Part shown: piece after piece, positions 61,715 to 64,000 of the stretch | Layout of the letters: the number at the start of each line of letters is the position of its first letter | Numbering within the stretch: the first letter of the stretch is position 1 | From: Acaryochloridaceae cyanobacterium VAR_48_metabat_390 | GTDB lineage: Bacteria > Cyanobacteriota > Cyanobacteriia > Thermosynechococcales > Thermosynechococcaceae | Assembly (NCBI GenBank): GCA_031422435.1 | Contig: JANPLU010000020.1 | Coordinates: forward strand, 15,898 to 79,897 | Reading direction: 5' to 3' | DNA length: 64,000 nt | The notes under the pieces: generated by a model | Told to the model about the DNA's origin: nothing | The model's database searches: none | Seen by the model: the letters and a program-made list of their open reading frames with translations, nothing else | Made by a program: the position numbers and the translations under genes

Positions 61715-62371
61715 ATGGCTCAGTCTGACCCCAATCGAATTTTGCGCCTCTTGCCTCTGGTTATTGGCGGATTTGGCGGTACGCTGCTTTTTATCAATCG
61801 GCTCATGACCGCTGGCCTCACCAATTCTCAATCTCGATCTGATGCGCTGGGGGTTATTTTAAGCGCCATCCTCATTTTGACGGGGCTGCTCTGGCGACGG
61901 GTTCAGCCACGAATGCCTGAGTCTGTTGAGCTAATGGGCGCCCAAGGGTTTGAGCTAGAGCCTACGCTCCCTGAGGTTATCAAGGTGGAATTGGCGTGGG
62001 CTTCTCATAGTCTGCTAACCAATACCGTTACAAGGTCTGTTGTAGTCTGGTACAACGGCAAGATGCTGCTGCGTCGTGGCATATTGGGCATTGAGCCAGA
62101 GTTAAACCCTGGCCCTATTGTGAAGCGCGTATTAGAAACAGAAAAGCCCATTTACTTAGTTGCTCTTAAGCTTTACCCAGGTCGTATTGAATTCCCGTAT
62201 CTGCCAGAGAATACTCAAGGTGTCATCTGCCAACCCCTCGGCAAACAGGGCGTGTTGGTCTTAGGCGCAAATGCACCGCGCAGCTATACCCAGCAAGATG
62301 AAGCTTGGGTGGCGGCGATCGCCGATAAGCTTGCCGCTACCCTCACACAACTCCAGCCCACAGCGCATTGA
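61715..62371 (+). CDS. Cofactor assembly of complex C subunit B (CCB2/CCB4 family)
   Basis: SQSRSD.LG, ELAWASH.LLT.T, L.LYPGR.EF.YLP.NTQ.V..QP. Confidence 0.87.
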   Translation: MAQSDPNRILRLLPLVIGGFGGTLLFINRLMTAGLTNSQSRSDALGVILSAILILTGLLWRRVQPRMPESVELMGAQGFELEPTLPEVIKVELAWASHSLLTNTVTRSVVVWYNGKMLLRRGILGIEPELNPGPIVKRVLETEKPIYLVALKLYPGRIEFPYLPENTQGVICQPLGKQGVLVLGANAPRSYTQQDEAWVAAIADKLAATLTQLQPTAH

Positions 62372-62518
62372 TACGGTAGTTTAAGCAGACGGGGCTATTC
62401 TCAAAACCGCACCCTATTCTTTGCCTAAAGTAGGGGCTTACAGACCCCAAAAAAGTGACACTCAAAGAAGTGTCACCCAAACTTCAGCACACTCTTGTAG
62501 AGAAGATATCTTTTACTT

Positions 62519-62590
62519 AGTGAGGAGTGATTCAGATAAGAAGCGCTTGAGGTCGAAACACGGAAAGACTCTCAAGCGCTTTTTCTTTTG
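62519..62590 (+). ncRNA. yfr2: Yfr2-family small RNA
   Basis: 5' GTGAGGAGTGA, then stem AAGCGCTTGAG/CTCAAGCGCTT capped by GTC-GAAACACGGAAA-GAC, then a T-tract; TATCTT -10-like box just upstream. Confidence 0.75.
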
Positions 62591-62624
62591 GATTTTTTGA
62601 ACTTTTAAAGTGCCTGTGTAATGA

Positions 62625-63119
62625 TTGAGGCTAAACGCTACGCTTGACCGCCCAAACGCTATTATGAGCCAGGAAGCCGTCATCATTACTCTGACCCAGC
62701 GCTACCCAACTAACGCGCAACAGGTTGTACAGGGGGTCGTGGCGCTCAGTGCAGAAGAACGACTGCGATCGCGCTATTTTTGCCAAACTGAAAACGGCAT
62801 AGAACTAATGCTCAGCCAACCTCGTGGCACTGTTTTACACGAAGGCGACCTGCTAACGACAGAAGCAGCAGACTGGTGGGTGCGGGTGCAGGCAAAAGCA
62901 GAGCCTGTCTTAAAAGTGGAAGCATCATCATCCCTAGATTTGTTACGAGCAACCTATCACTTAGGGAATCGCCATGTACCCCTAGAGGTGACGGCGACCG
63001 CCCTTAAGCTTTCTCCAGACCCGGTACTCAAAGCAATGCTAGAGCATCTGGGCGCTACAGTAACAGAACGAGTAGAGCCGTTTTATCCAGAAACGGGTGC
63101 CTATCATCACGCCCATTAG
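62625..63119 (+). CDS. ureE: Urease accessory protein UreE (true start probably ATG ~62663)
   Basis: PRG.VL..GD, YHLGNRH.P, PF.PE.GAYHH. Confidence 0.92.
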   Translation: MRLNATLDRPNAIMSQEAVIITLTQRYPTNAQQVVQGVVALSAEERLRSRYFCQTENGIELMLSQPRGTVLHEGDLLTTEAADWWVRVQAKAEPVLKVEASSSLDLLRATYHLGNRHVPLEVTATALKLSPDPVLKAMLEHLGATVTERVEPFYPETGAYHHAH

Positions 63120-63852
63120 TTGCCAGCACAACATTGTGAGCCAACTCAACCTATCTTCGCTTTCTTTACTAAGGCTGCTTCAGCTTGCCAGCTCAACGCT
63201 GCCTGTGGGAGCCTACAGCTATTCTGAAGGCTTAGAACTGCTCGTTGAATCCCAGTGCATCCCTACAGCAGCTTTGCTTCAAGACTGGATGACGCAAGAG
63301 ATTCGCTATGGCTCCATTCGGGTAGAAGCAGGCATAATGCTTCGTGCCTACTACGCTGCCGTAGGTCAAGATAGCGTTTCACTTTTGAAATGGAATCACT
63401 GGTGGTCAGCAGCCCGTGAGACGGAAGAATTGCGGCTCCAAAGCTGGCAGATGGGGCGATCGCTCCTTCGGCTATTTCTAGATTTAGAAGACCCAGCGCA
63501 GACCGAAACCATAACCAAAACTTGGACTGCCCTACGAGAACTGTTTGGGCAAGAGTGTAACTTTGCGATCGCCTTTGGACTAGTCGCAGCCGCTTGGCAA
63601 ATTGAACCCACGGCGGCACTGCTGGGTTATTTACAAAGCTGGGCAACTAATCTCGTTAGTGCAGGGGTTAAGCTCATTCCTTTGGGGCAAACCGCAGGGC
63701 AACAGCTTTTGCTGAACATTGAAGATGAAATTCAGGATGCAGCTCAGGTTATTTCACAGCTTTCTGATGAAGCACTAGAAAGCTGTGGCTGGGGGCTATC
63801 ACTGGCAAGCATGGCTCATGAGACTTTGTATAGCAGACTATTCCGCAGCTAA
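63097..63852 (+). CDS. ureF: Urease accessory protein UreF
   Basis: [37 protein letters not shown]. Confidence 0.94.
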   Translation: MPIITPISCQHNIVSQLNLSSLSLLRLLQLASSTLPVGAYSYSEGLELLVESQCIPTAALLQDWMTQEIRYGSIRVEAGIMLRAYYAAVGQDSVSLLKWNHWWSAARETEELRLQSWQMGRSLLRLFLDLEDPAQTETITKTWTALRELFGQECNFAIAFGLVAAAWQIEPTAALLGYLQSWATNLVSAGVKLIPLGQTAGQQLLLNIEDEIQDAAQVISQLSDEALESCGWGLSLASMAHETLYSRLFRS

Positions 63853-64000
63853 CCGACCTCCCCAATCCGCTTAAAAACAGACAAAGCCCCTCCATCAAGA
63901 GTAAAATCTTGCTGTAGCGCTGTTGTGTCTAAATGTCCATTGACCTGTTGCGATCGCTTGTTTGGACAGATTTTCGTCTGGCCGTATTGTTTGGTGTCCT

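Noticed and set aside
63853..64000. Possible gene end or ureG start at the window edge
   Set aside because: No recognisable translation in 148 nt; insufficient sequence.

Overview
Cyanobacterial chromosomal segment (dense HIP1 GCGATCGC octamers; psbO, psaC, CCB2/4-family gene, sigA). Most of it is housekeeping: sigA, rsmB, smc/scpB, rpmF, ffh-rpsP-khpA-rpsU-mnmE, glmM, mrdA, pgm, hisB, aroF, glcD, miaE, comA, mntH, ureEF, tRNA-Leu(TAG), tRNA-Asp(GTC) and a probable Yfr2 ncRNA. Three accessory patches stand out. (1) 7.7-9.8 kb: an orphan two-gene RiPP-tailoring-like operon, an HPr-kinase-like kinase plus a type I phosphoribosyltransferase fused to a PqqD/RRE-like domain, with no precursor or cyclase in the window. 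(2) 24.5-28.5 kb: an RcaC/RcaE/RcaF-like cyanobacteriochrome phosphorelay whose output regulator has lost its receiver domain by an in-frame deletion. (3) 30.8-35.0 kb: an islet downstream of tRNA-Leu with two DUF29 genes (one broken), a PIN toxin-antitoxin pair and an EcsC-TerB-WD40 fusion interrupted by one in-frame TAG. Also seen: an orphan Rpn C-terminal module, an accessory topoisomerase IA, an IS982 scar, REP/MITE-like hairpins and candidate NtcA, ManR and K-box/Rre1 sites. All family assignments are motif recognition by eye; no database searches were run.
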